Assembly: GCA_051453625.1 (NCBI GenBank)
Contig: JBOZIK010000001.1
Location: forward strand, 13,754,509 to 13,789,760
From: Welwitschia mirabilis
Lineage: Eukaryota
DNA length: 35,252 bases
Reading direction: 5' to 3'
How positions within the stretch are numbered: position 1 is the stretch's first letter; the number at the start of each line of letters is the position of its first letter. The notes under the pieces are model-generated. The model worked only from the letters and a program-made list of their open reading frames with translations, was not told where the DNA came from and searched no databases. Shown here one piece after another: positions 34,534 through 35,252 of the stretch. The position numbers and the translations under genes are program-made.

Positions 34534-35252
34534 ATGAGTAATCCTTTTGATGACATTTCTATGGAAAGACTACCCATGTTTGATGGAATCAACTATGCTT
34601 ATTAAAAGGTCTAGATGAGAATCTTTCTTAGATCCTTAGATGTGGATATAAAAGAGATTATCTATAATAGATATGTCATGCCCATATTATCCAAAATTGA
34701 CAGTAATGAAACCACCATAGTGGTTAAAAAATCATGATACTAATGGACTTCTACCAACAAAGACTAAGGCTATCTTAGATTTCCATATTCTTAATGCTAT
34801 TTCTTATGCAGTTTGTATAGATGAATTTAAGAGGATTGTAAACTACGAACATGCTAAGGAAGCATAAAATATACTTGAAATCATACAAGAAGAAACATCT
34901 ATTATAAGATAGGCAAAGATATAGATTATTATTTCTAATTTTAAAGATATATGCATGCAAAAATAAGAGACTCTGCAATAGTTCTTTGCTAGACTGACAA
35001 ATAGAGCAAACTCTATGATAATTCTAGACAAGAAAATGGATAAAAGAAATGTTGTATAAAATGTTCTAAAATATCTTCCAAAATGATTTAAGATAAAGGT
35101 CATAGCCATTAAAGAAATCAAGCACATCAATCAAATGACATTAGATGAACTATAAAGTAATCTTCAAACTTATGAATTAAATTTTTTAAAGATAAAAGGA
35201 AAAGTATTGCATTGAAAAATGTGTAGGAAGAGTGTAGATTTAAAAAATAAGA
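34534..35252 (+). pseudogene. Degenerate copia gag (UBN2/Retrotran_gag_2-type)
   Basis: MSNPFDDISMERLPMFDGINYAY*KV*MRIFLRSLD..., then EFKRIVNYEHAKEA*NILEII...FFARLTNRANSM...VLKYLPK*FKIKVIAIKE...MTLDEL*SNLQTYE; several stops and a frameshift. Confidence 0.92.

Larger units (their letters stand above)
33334..35252 (+). mobile_element. 5' part of a second Sirevirus/SIRE-like Ty1/copia element (5' LTR, Met PBS, gag), running off the window
   Basis: LTR TGTTA...TAACA with CTATTCACCCCCTCTA near the end, PBS, then copia gag. Confidence 0.88.

Noticed and set aside
1774-35130. Short ORFs in the supplied track as genes
   Set aside because: They are N-spanning artefacts, antisense low-complexity frames, or stop-bounded pieces of the retroelement pseudogenes (e.g. 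3921-4238, 6084-6383, 17226-17414, 26458-26640).

Overview
This is AT-rich, heavily decayed plant (most likely angiosperm) repetitive DNA made of nested LTR retrotransposons. I see no intact host gene, RNA gene or CRISPR array. From left to right: (1) the 3' end of a Sirevirus-like (SIRE, Ty1/copia) element inserted into the RNase H region of (2) the 5' half of an Athila-like Ty3/gypsy element on the minus strand; (3) two inverted, diverged copies of a long LTR of a third family (Met PBS, possibly Tekay-like), one followed by an array of five 'LTR-end + tRNA-iMet PBS' units; (4) a short, much less decayed Athila-family LTR end; (5) an apparently complete but ancient Athila-like element (14584-30988, minus strand) with both LTRs, PBS, gag-pol and an env-like ORF2 that appears to have its own spliced leader; (6) an unresolved stretch; (7) the 5' LTR, PBS and gag of a second SIRE-like element. 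Many N gaps are flanked by re-sequenced, several-percent-divergent copies of the same segment, so lengths are inflated by unmerged haplotypes or homeologs. Percentages given are hand counts on short stretches.
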